Of a stretch of DNA of 27,185 nucleotides, positions 13,956 to 22,036 are shown piece by piece. The notes under the pieces were generated by a model. The model did not search any database and was not told where the DNA came from. It was given only the letters and a program-made list of their open reading frames with translations. Source of the DNA: Thermoguttaceae bacterium (lineage in GTDB: Bacteria; Planctomycetota; Planctomycetia; Pirellulales; Thermoguttaceae); NCBI GenBank assembly GCA_036447015.1, contig JAZFUB010000432.1, forward strand, positions 1 through 27,185, written 5' to 3'. The position numbers and the translations under genes are program-made. Each line of letters starts with the position of its first letter. Position 1 is the stretch's first letter.

Positions 13956-15104
13956 ATGACTCGGAAAAGCCGCATTACGATTTCGTTGGAGGGTTGGTAT
14001 TACCTGCTCATGCTGGCGATGGTGTGCGTCGGAGCAGTTGTGGGTGGGGTGAATCTTTTGCTCGTGCTGGCGGGTATGCTGGCCGGGCCGTTGCTGTTCG
14101 GGTGGTGGGCCGTGAGCGTGGCACTGCGTGGGCTTCAGCCGCGACGCAAGGTGCCGCATGGTGTTTGTGCGGGCGATCTGTTGGTGGTCAATGTCCGTTT
14201 GACCAACACGCGTCGGAAGCGGGGCTGTTGGGCCGTGGTGGTCGAGGAACAGATTCGCCGAACGGCGGCGGCAGCAGAGACACTGCGTCCCCGGGTGCTC
14301 TTCTCCTATGTTCCGGCCGGCGAGTCGCGCGATGCGGCCTATCGGGGCCGACTTGAGCGGCGAGGATGCTATGAACTCGGGCCGCTAAGGTTGTCGACCC
14401 GGTTTCCCTTCGGGCTGTTCTGCCGCACGACAACCGTCGGCGGGACCGACACGTTGACCGTCTTTCCACGTCTGGGGCGATTGACCCGGGTTTGGGCGGC
14501 GCGGCACCGCGAGGCGCTGACCGGCACCCATCGCCGCGAGCGGCGGCACGGCAACGAGGGCGATTTCTTTGGCGTGCGGCAGTGGCGAAGCGGGGACAGC
14601 CGGCGGCAGATCCATTGGCGAAGTACCGCGCGCACGGGCCAGTTGGTCGTTTGTCAGTTGGAACAGCCACGCAATCGCGATGTGGTCGTGCTGGTCGACC
14701 TTCGAAGCCCGGAACAACCCGGGCTGAACGATGCGGAACACGTCGAATTGGCCGTCAGCTTCGCAGCGACCGTGGTGGCCGATCTGTGTCGCAAGGTGGT
14801 CGGTAACATTTACCTGGGCACGACGGCCGATCCGACGCGTCTGCTCCACGGCCCGGCCTCGGCCGCACTGATGCGCGAAATGCTCGATATGCTGGCCGTG
14901 GTCGAACCGGGAAGCGACGATCGATGGGACGAACTGACCGATCAAGTGCGGTCGAGAATCGATCGCGGCACGGAAATCGTCCTGGTCGGCACCCGAAAAG
15001 CCGATCCGGCCGACGTGGCGCAACTCGGGTCGCTCTCGGGTGGGCATCTGCGTTGCATCGATGCGTCGAGCGACGAACTGTCGCAGGTCTTCCAATTCGA
15101 GTAG
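13956..15104 (+). CDS. DUF58 domain-containing protein
   Basis: N-terminal TM pair (EGWYYLLMLAMVCVGAVVGGVNLLLVLAGML), RGCYELGPLRLSTRFPFGLF, GDFFGVRQWRSGDSRRQIHWRSTARTGQLVVCQLEQP, ELAVSFAATV. Confidence 0.92.
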   Translation: MTRKSRITISLEGWYYLLMLAMVCVGAVVGGVNLLLVLAGMLAGPLLFGWWAVSVALRGLQPRRKVPHGVCAGDLLVVNVRLTNTRRKRGCWAVVVEEQIRRTAAAAETLRPRVLFSYVPAGESRDAAYRGRLERRGCYELGPLRLSTRFPFGLFCRTTTVGGTDTLTVFPRLGRLTRVWAARHREALTGTHRRERRHGNEGDFFGVRQWRSGDSRRQIHWRSTARTGQLVVCQLEQPRNRDVVVLVDLRSPEQPGLNDAEHVELAVSFAATVVADLCRKVVGNIYLGTTADPTRLLHGPASAALMREMLDMLAVVEPGSDDRWDELTDQVRSRIDRGTEIVLVGTRKADPADVAQLGSLSGGHLRCIDASSDELSQVFQFE

Positions 15105-15122
15105 TGCCGGGGGTCTTCCGAA

Positions 15123-17384
15123 GTGTATCTGCAACGTCTGCTGCAAATCAACATGGCGACGCTGGCCGCGCTGGGCACCCTGCTGGTGGGCATGGGCCAA
15201 CGCAGCGCCACTCTGCCCTTGCTGATGTCGATTGCGGCGATCACGTCGGTGTGGCTGACCGACATTACCGGATGGTTCCGTCTGAATCGGAAGGTTGCCA
15301 ACGTGGCTGCGCTGGTGGCCTTGGTCCTGACGGCCCGCGAGCTGCTGCAATTCAACAGCGTGACTCAGGTTCTGGGCCTGGCCCGATTGCTGATCTATGT
15401 GCAAATCATCCTGCTGTTCCAGGAAAAGGACCTCCGAACCTATCGGCACCTGATCATCATGAGCCTGTTGCAGGTGGTCGTCGCGGCCATCTTCTTGCAG
15501 GGCGTTTGGTTCGGCGGTCTGTTGATCGTCTACATGTTGGTCGGGCTGTCGGCCCTGGCACTGCTGTGTCTGCATCGGGAACACGAGCGGATGCGGCCTG
15601 ACGCCGAGCCGGTGTCGGTCCCTTTCACCGGCAGTGCGAGCCGCCGGGCCGCCGGCGAGGTCGGCCGCGAACTGTTCGGCCGATTGGCCATGATCGGATT
15701 GGCCACGCTCGGGCTCACACTGCTGTTGTTCCTTACGGTTCCCCGTTTCGGACGCACGGCCTGGCGCGGTCCGACTGTCGTAACCAAGCATGTCGTCGGG
15801 TTCTCCGATACGATGACGCTCGGAGAGTTGGGCGAGATCATCGAGAATCCCGAGGAGGTCATGCGCATCTGGCTGACTGACGCAACGACGAGCCAACCGT
15901 ATGCCGTTCGGGGCGAACTCTACCTGCGCGGGGCCGTCTTGACACACTATCAGCGAGGCACGTGGCAACGGCAGAAGGCAAAGGGGACGGAAGCCCCGAT
16001 TGCCGCCGCCGATGTCACGGTGCTACAGCGAATTGACATCGAACCGTTGGATCGCAATGAACTGTTCTGCCTCTGGCCGCCGATCCTGACGGAAGCGAAC
16101 AACGGACTGCAATTCGAGGGTGATCGACTGGTTCGATCCCCGTCGCGACGTACGCAGCGGTTCACATTGGGTACCACCGCACTGGCCGACGGCATCCAGA
16201 CGCCGTTGGTGCCGTATCGGGGCACGAAAGACGGCGTGGAGTCGCTGCTGCAAACGCCCGAGCTGCCGCAGTTGGCCGCTCAGGCCGAGCGTTGGGCCGC
16301 CGACAGCGGGCTGGCCGACGACGATCGCATGGCCCTGGCACGCCATTTGACTCGCCGGTTTCTCAACGCCCGGCAGTTCGAATACAGTCTGCAAGGCCAA
16401 CCCCGGGACGAGTCGATCGATCCGATCGAAGACTTCATCACCAACAATCCCCGAGGCCATTGCGAGTATTTCGCTACGGCACTGTCCTTGATGCTTCGTA
16501 GCCGGGGGATCCCGTCGCGCGTCGTGATCGGCTACAAGTGCGATGAGCTGAACCAGTTCGACCGGTTCTACCAAGTGCGCCAATGGCACGCCCATAGTTG
16601 GGTCGAGGCGTACCTCGAACCGAGCCATCTGCCCGAGTCACTCCATCAAGGCGAAGACGCGCGGCGATGGCACGGTGGTGCGTGGTTGCGGCTGGAGCCG
16701 ACGCCCGGTGCTTCGGCCGACAATGGCGACGAGAGTTCCTCCCGGGAGCTTTCGCTGCTAGATCGCTTCGAGAGAAGCTTTGAGCGGCTACAGACGCTCT
16801 GGGGAAATTACGTGATGGAAATGGATCGTGACCTGCAGCGTAAAGCGATCTATCAGCCGATCGTGCGGGCCGTCCAAGCTGCGATCGAAAACCTCAGCGA
16901 TCCGCAGTGGTGGCGCAATCTGGCCCAAAGAGTCGTCCGGGCGGTGGACCCGACCGGATGGGCTGCCGGCCACTGGGTTCTCGGTGTGGTCATTCTGCTG
17001 GTCGGGTTGCCGGCGGCCGTGTTTGGCGTGCGTCGAGTTCGGCGCACCACGCGACGTCTGTGGAGTCGGCTTGCCGGCCGGGCCGTCTCTCGAGCGGGCG
17101 TCGATCTGCCGGAAATCGAATTCTACCGCCGCCTGGAAATGCTCTTGGCACGGCACGGCTTGCGCCGAACCGTTGGACAGACCCAGCGTGAATTTGCCCG
17201 AGAAGCGGGCCTGAGACTGGCGGAAATTACCGGTCATGCGCAGTTGACCCCACTACCGGCCCAAGTCGTCGAGGCCTACTACGGCGTCCGCTTCGGGCGG
17301 CTCCCCCTGGACAATGACCGGGCCGAGACGGTAGAACAGGCGTTGCGCCAGTTGGCAGCGTGCCAGGCATCATCCCCCGTTTAG
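15123..17384 (+). CDS. TgpA-like membrane transglutaminase (DUF3488 + transglutaminase-like + DUF4129-like)
   Basis: Multi-TM N-terminus, VGFSDTMTLG, ELYLRGAVL, catalytic triad GHCEYFATA / HAHSWVEAY / WLRLEPTP, and C-terminal FYRRLEMLLARHG...AYYGVRFG. It starts 18 nt after DUF58. Confidence 0.92.
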   Translation: MYLQRLLQINMATLAALGTLLVGMGQRSATLPLLMSIAAITSVWLTDITGWFRLNRKVANVAALVALVLTARELLQFNSVTQVLGLARLLIYVQIILLFQEKDLRTYRHLIIMSLLQVVVAAIFLQGVWFGGLLIVYMLVGLSALALLCLHREHERMRPDAEPVSVPFTGSASRRAAGEVGRELFGRLAMIGLATLGLTLLLFLTVPRFGRTAWRGPTVVTKHVVGFSDTMTLGELGEIIENPEEVMRIWLTDATTSQPYAVRGELYLRGAVLTHYQRGTWQRQKAKGTEAPIAAADVTVLQRIDIEPLDRNELFCLWPPILTEANNGLQFEGDRLVRSPSRRTQRFTLGTTALADGIQTPLVPYRGTKDGVESLLQTPELPQLAAQAERWAADSGLADDDRMALARHLTRRFLNARQFEYSLQGQPRDESIDPIEDFITNNPRGHCEYFATALSLMLRSRGIPSRVVIGYKCDELNQFDRFYQVRQWHAHSWVEAYLEPSHLPESLHQGEDARRWHGGAWLRLEPTPGASADNGDESSSRELSLLDRFERSFERLQTLWGNYVMEMDRDLQRKAIYQPIVRAVQAAIENLSDPQWWRNLAQRVVRAVDPTGWAAGHWVLGVVILLVGLPAAVFGVRRVRRTTRRLWSRLAGRAVSRAGVDLPEIEFYRRLEMLLARHGLRRTVGQTQREFAREAGLRLAEITGHAQLTPLPAQVVEAYYGVRFGRLPLDNDRAETVEQALRQLAACQASSPV

Positions 17385-17458
17385 CTGTCGCCGGCACGGC
17401 GACTTGACGCTTGGGCATACTTTCGGCAAAGTCGCCATGCCGGCGACAGCTAAACGGG
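17374..17458. repeat. Inverted-repeat element, family D, copy 2 (supplies the TgpA-like stop codon)
   Basis: cccccgtttagctgtcgccggcacggcgactt ... aagtcgccatgccggcgacagctaaacggg. The loop resembles copy 1. TAG at 17382-17384 lies inside the left arm. Confidence 0.92.
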
Positions 17459-17492
17459 CACATCGAAATCGGAAAGTTGAGAGGAGCGGCCC

Positions 17493-18527
17493 ATGAAAAT
17501 CGGACTGGTCGGTTACCAAGGATCGGGCAAGAGCACGCTTTTCGAGTGGCTCACTTCGGTGGCTTCCGATCCGGCCCAGTCGCACACGGCCCAAAGCGCC
17601 ATGGCGACTATCCCCGAGCCGCGCATCGACAAGCTCTGCGAGATCTACCACCCGAAGAAGGTCACCCGGGCCTCGATCGAAGTGGTCGACACGCCGGGGC
17701 TGAGTCGAACGCACGAGGGCAACGCCGCCCGACTCGCCCTGATCCGCGAGGCCGGCTGCCTGGTTCTGGTCGTTGCCGGCTTCGATGCTTCCGACCCGAT
17801 GGCCGACATGCGGTCGTTCGACGAGGATTGCCTGCTGGCCGATATGGAAATCCTTTCCGGGCGTGTCGGGCGGATCGAGGAATCGCTCACAAAACCCCTT
17901 CCGAAACCAGAACACGAACAACTCAAACACGAAGAGGAAACGCTAAGGCTGGTTCTGGCGGCCATCGAAAAGGGTGAACCGCTGCGCGAAGCCGATCTGA
18001 ACGAAGAACAGCAGAAGACCACCCGGGCGTTTCGGCTGCTGAGCGAGAAGCCGCGCATGGTGATCGTCAATACGGCCGACGACGAGGAGAATCCCGACCG
18101 ATTCCTGGCCGGCTCGACCGATGCGCTCCAAATCATCGCGCTGCCGGCCGGGTTGGAATTGGAGTTGGCGCGGATGATGCCCGAGGAACGGCACGAGTTC
18201 GAGCAAGAGATGGGGCTCGAAAGCGTCGACCGCGACCACATCATCCGTCGCCTGATGGAAGTCTCGGGCCAGAGACTCTTCTTCACCGCCGGCGAGAAGG
18301 AAGTCCGTACGTGGTTGTTACCCAAAGGCGGCACTGCCGTCGAAGCCGCCGGCAACATCCATACCGACCTGGCCCGAGGCTTCATCCGCGGCGAGGTGAT
18401 GACCGTCGCCGATTTGGTCCGCGTGGGCAGCGAACGCGAGATCAAGGCTCAGCACTTGATGCGGCAGGAACCGAAAGACTACGTCATCCAGGACGACGAT
18501 ATTCTGTTGGTGCGGTTCAGCGTGTAG
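17493..18527 (+). CDS. ychF: YchF/OLA1-family P-loop ATPase with C-terminal TGS (DUF933) domain, divergent paralogue
   Basis: GYQGSGKST, IPEPRIDKLCEIYHPKKVT, VDTPGL, FFTAGEKEVRTW, AAGNIHTDLARGFIRGEV, KDYVIQDDDI. Confidence 0.88.
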   Translation: MKIGLVGYQGSGKSTLFEWLTSVASDPAQSHTAQSAMATIPEPRIDKLCEIYHPKKVTRASIEVVDTPGLSRTHEGNAARLALIREAGCLVLVVAGFDASDPMADMRSFDEDCLLADMEILSGRVGRIEESLTKPLPKPEHEQLKHEEETLRLVLAAIEKGEPLREADLNEEQQKTTRAFRLLSEKPRMVIVNTADDEENPDRFLAGSTDALQIIALPAGLELELARMMPEERHEFEQEMGLESVDRDHIIRRLMEVSGQRLFFTAGEKEVRTWLLPKGGTAVEAAGNIHTDLARGFIRGEVMTVADLVRVGSEREIKAQHLMRQEPKDYVIQDDDILLVRFSV

Positions 18528-20272
18528 TAGCCTGTCGAAGGGATCCGTGCTGCCAAGCGGGCGGCAATAGAGCGTGGCCTCGGTCGGCCGTTGCGCGGCC
18601 AATACGATGACCGTCAGCCGTAGCGACTCGCCCGGGCCGGCGCTGGTGCGGACCGTCGGCACGATCACTCGTAGCTTGCCGCTGTATTGTTTCGTCGGCA
18701 GCGCGTCGGATGGCAGTTCGTCGGCAAGTGCGTTCTCCAGCCGTGCCCGGGTGTCGGCCATGACCGGTTTCCACCAACCCGAGTTCTGCTCCATGTTGAC
18801 TACGGTCATGATGCCGCCCCACGTGGAAACGGCCGACAGGCGATAGCCGTACATTCGGCCGTACGACTCGACCAACTTGCGAAACAGCGGCAGGGCCTCG
18901 CCGCGGGCACGCGTCTTGCGGACGGCTGTGTCCGGCTCCTTCTCGATCGCCGTGATCAGTCGCGTGAAGTCGGTATAGATGCGTTGCACGAGCGCCTGAT
19001 GGCGGAAGTAGCGAAACGTGTTGAGCCAATAGTCGAATCGCTCGCGGTTGCCCGGGCCACGGACCTTCGGACTCAGTGCGGCAAGTTGGTCGACGAAGCC
19101 GAACTTCTTCTGAACCTCGTCCCAAGGGGCCGAATTCGGGAGGAATCGGGCTGCCGGGCAGGAACCGTTGATCGAGAGCGGCAACCGGCCGTCGAGCCGC
19201 GTGAAGATCGCCACATCAGTCCCATCAGCCCGTCGCACCCGTAGGCCAGCGCATCGGCGGCGTCCTTTCGCGTGCGTGAGACGAACAACTGCGGATTGGC
19301 GATACCGTGGTACGTGTCGCTTTCCATCCACGGAATGGCCCATTTCCCGCGCCCTTCGATTCGGCCGAAACCGTCGTCGATCGGGTCATGGCCCAAGCGG
19401 CGGCTGATCGCGCTGACGGCGATCTCCTTGGGCAACCACCGATCGAACGCCGCTCGGTCGTCGTTCGGGCCGAGCACCCAACCGGCCGTGGCCAATTGGA
19501 ACGGGGCGCCGACGTTCTCGAGTGCCTCCCGGGCAACCAGGATATCGTCGATCGTTCCCTTCATCTGTTCCTGGGAGTTGCCCAGCCCATGCCACACGGT
19601 CGGCTCGGCGTAGGGATGGCCCTCGGGATAGCAGTGCATGCCGATGAAGTTCATTCGCATCTTGGCCAATTGGCCGATATGGGCCATGTAATCGTCGGTA
19701 CTCCATTGGTCGAAGCCCAGCGGATGCGAGCCCCAGGGGTTCAACCCACGCAAGCGAAACAACGGTTTGCCCGTCTCTTCCAACTCGGGCAGGGCGAAGG
19801 TCGTTCGATGATCGGGAACCACGTCGCCGTGCAGGAACAGCCCGATGCCGAAATGTTCGGCCAGCCGATACGCCCCATGCAGCGTGCCGATTGGGTCGCC
19901 CCCGACGACGACCAACACGCGATGCGTTCCCTGGGTAAACGTCTTGAGCAGGTATTGCCCCGGCCGCAGCATGGAAACGCGTTCGCTGAATCGGGTGTCG
20001 CCGAACGGCGCGATGGCCAACGAGCGACTCTTGTCGATGACCACGATCGCATCCCCTTCGGCGGGCAGGTCGTCGCGCCGGGCGATCGGCAGAAACCGGC
20101 CCGAGCGAAGATACGCATAACGCCGGATCTCCCGTGCGGCCAACGTCTCTTGAAAGCCGGCTCGGGGCGAACAGACGATCGTCGCCGAGCGGGCGGCACG
20201 GCAAACGGATTGCGACCCATCGACCGGCAATCCGACAACGGCAACGACCAACAGTGCGATGCAACGACCCAT
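18528..20272 (-). pseudogene. Disrupted secreted glycoside-hydrolase-like gene (GH67/GH89-like N-terminal domain)
   Basis: The ATG at 20272 (AAGGA RBS) is followed by a signal peptide, ETLAAREIRRY...GDPIGTLHGAYRLAEHFG...RGLNPW...QLAKMRMNFIGMHCYP. The frame breaks near 19208. The downstream frame (PWDEVQKKFGFVDQLAAL...GNRERFDYWLNTFRY) has no stop of its own and runs into the antisense of ychF. Confidence 0.75.
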
Positions 20273-20486
20273 CGGCAACCTTCTTTCCTTCTTCGCGGGA
20301 GTTTGTCTCAATCATGGTTGATTGCGTCCCGTAGTATATCAGTTCGACCACTCCCGGAAAAACCGGGCATTTCGGAAATCGGCCAAGAATCGGCCTCTGG
20401 ACGATCCCCGACCTTGCAAGACGGACGGATCGGAGGGAGAATGTTGGAATGTAGCCGAACTCAACACAAACCATAGGTGACCCAAC

Positions 20487-21905
20487 ATGACACATCGCCT
20501 CCTTTTGACACTGGCCGTTTGTGCCGCTGCTCTGCTTGGCCTTTCGCAGGCAACGCCTACGATCGCTGCCGAGCGGCCCAATGTGATCTTCTTTCTCTCC
20601 GACGACCAACGGAACGACTTCCTCGGTTGTGCGGGCCATCCGATCCTGAAGACACCGACCATCGACCGATTGGCGGCCGCGGGTGTTCGCTTCGAAAATG
20701 CGTTCGTGACCACGTCGATCTGTGCGGCCAGTCGGGCAACGCTCTTCAGCGGGCAGTGGGAACGGACCCATCGCTACACGTTCGGCACGCCGCCGTTGGC
20801 CGAAGAGCTCGTCAACCTCAGCTATCCGGCCGTGTTGCGCGAGGCCGGCTATCGAACGGGCTTTGTCGGCAAGTTCGGCGTGAACATGCAGAAGGATGCC
20901 AAGGAGAAGATGTTCGACTTTTTTGTCCCCATGGGGCGAAACCCCTACTTCCGCGAGCAGCCGGACGGCTCGCTGCGCCACTTCACTGAAGTTGCGGGCG
21001 ATCGGGCCGTCGAGTTCTTGCGGGAATGTCCGGCCGATCAACCGTTCTGCCTCTCGGTCAGCTTCAACGCGGCCCATGCGTCGGACGGCGACAAGGTGAA
21101 CCACTATCCCTATCCGAAAGCCGAAGAAGGACTCTACGAAGACATCACGATTCCACAGCCAAGAATCTCGACCGACTTCTGGAAGCAGCTACCCGGCTTC
21201 TTCCACGATTGCATGCACCGCGACCGCTGGTTCTGGCGATGGGATACGCCGGAGAAGTATCAGCGGAACGTCAAGTCGTATTACCGCATGATCACCGGAT
21301 TGGATCGCGTGATGGGCGACGTGCTCGAGGAAGTCGAGCGGCTCGGTCGGGCCGACAACACGGTCGTCATCTTCATGGGCGACAACGGCTATTACAAGGG
21401 CTCGCGTGGATTCGCCGGCAAGTGGTCGCACTTCGAGGAATCGCTACGTGTGCCGCTGGTGATCTACGATCCACGATTGCCGGCCGCAAAGCGGGGCCGA
21501 GTGCTGAAGCCGATGGCGCTGAACGTCGACATCCCGGCCACGATTCTCGACCTGGCCGGCCAGCCGATGCCGAAGACCTACCAGGGACGCAGCCTTGTGC
21601 CGTTGGTCTGCGACAAGCAGTCCGGAGAGTGGCGAGACGACTTCTTCTGCGAACACTTGATGAACAACGCGAAGATTCCCAAGTACGAAGGGGTGCGCGG
21701 CGAGCGTTATGTTTACGCCCGATACTTCGAGCACCCCGAGGACGGCGAATTCCTGCACGATTTGCAGACGGACCCCGACCAGTTGAAGAACTTCGTCTCC
21801 GACCCGGCTTACGGCGAGGTACTTGAGAAGATGCGCCGCCGCTGCAACGAGTTGCGCGACGAGTTGGGCGGGCCCTATCGCAAACCGGAGCCTAGAAGAA
21901 AATAG
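20487..21905 (+). CDS. Secreted S1-type (formylglycine-dependent) sulfatase
   Basis: Signal peptide, PNVIFFLSDDQR, SICAASRATLFSG (C-x-x-x-R), GYRTGFVGKFG, NTVVIFMGDNG, EESLRVPLVI, LNVDIPATILDLAG. Confidence 0.95.
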   Translation: MTHRLLLTLAVCAAALLGLSQATPTIAAERPNVIFFLSDDQRNDFLGCAGHPILKTPTIDRLAAAGVRFENAFVTTSICAASRATLFSGQWERTHRYTFGTPPLAEELVNLSYPAVLREAGYRTGFVGKFGVNMQKDAKEKMFDFFVPMGRNPYFREQPDGSLRHFTEVAGDRAVEFLRECPADQPFCLSVSFNAAHASDGDKVNHYPYPKAEEGLYEDITIPQPRISTDFWKQLPGFFHDCMHRDRWFWRWDTPEKYQRNVKSYYRMITGLDRVMGDVLEEVERLGRADNTVVIFMGDNGYYKGSRGFAGKWSHFEESLRVPLVIYDPRLPAAKRGRVLKPMALNVDIPATILDLAGQPMPKTYQGRSLVPLVCDKQSGEWRDDFFCEHLMNNAKIPKYEGVRGERYVYARYFEHPEDGEFLHDLQTDPDQLKNFVSDPAYGEVLEKMRRRCNELRDELGGPYRKPEPRRK

Positions 21906-21961
21906 GGCCCCGCCGCATGGTTGTTAGCCGGTGGTCTTGCCCACCGTTGTTGGCGTGGGTC

Positions 21962-22033
21962 ATAGGGTGCGTGTTCACACGCACGCGTCCGTAGGTTTCG
22001 ACCGTTTCGCGTGCGTGCAAGCACACACCCTGC
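21962..22033. repeat. REP-like doublet, family C (intact), between the convergent sulfatase and flagellin-like genes
   Basis: atagggtgcgtgttcacacgcacgcg ... cgcgtgcgtgcaagcacacaccctgc form an imperfect inverted pair. A small hairpin cggtgg-tcttgc-ccaccg precedes it at 21929-21946. Confidence 0.75.
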
Positions 22034-22036
22034 TTT

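Noticed and set aside
18318-18527. Apparent 210-bp antisense overlap between the 18318-19343 ORF and ychF as a genuine overlapping gene
   Set aside because: This part is just read-through of a truncated pseudogene fragment into the ychF antisense strand; the peptide has no family features.
20414-20442. TTGCAA-17-GAGAAT promoter for the sulfatase
   Set aside because: The -10 lacks the first conserved T, which is too weak to list as a feature.
1102-22033. CRISPR array
   Set aside because: The repeats are inverted doublets scattered between genes, not direct repeats with unique spacers, and there are no cas genes.
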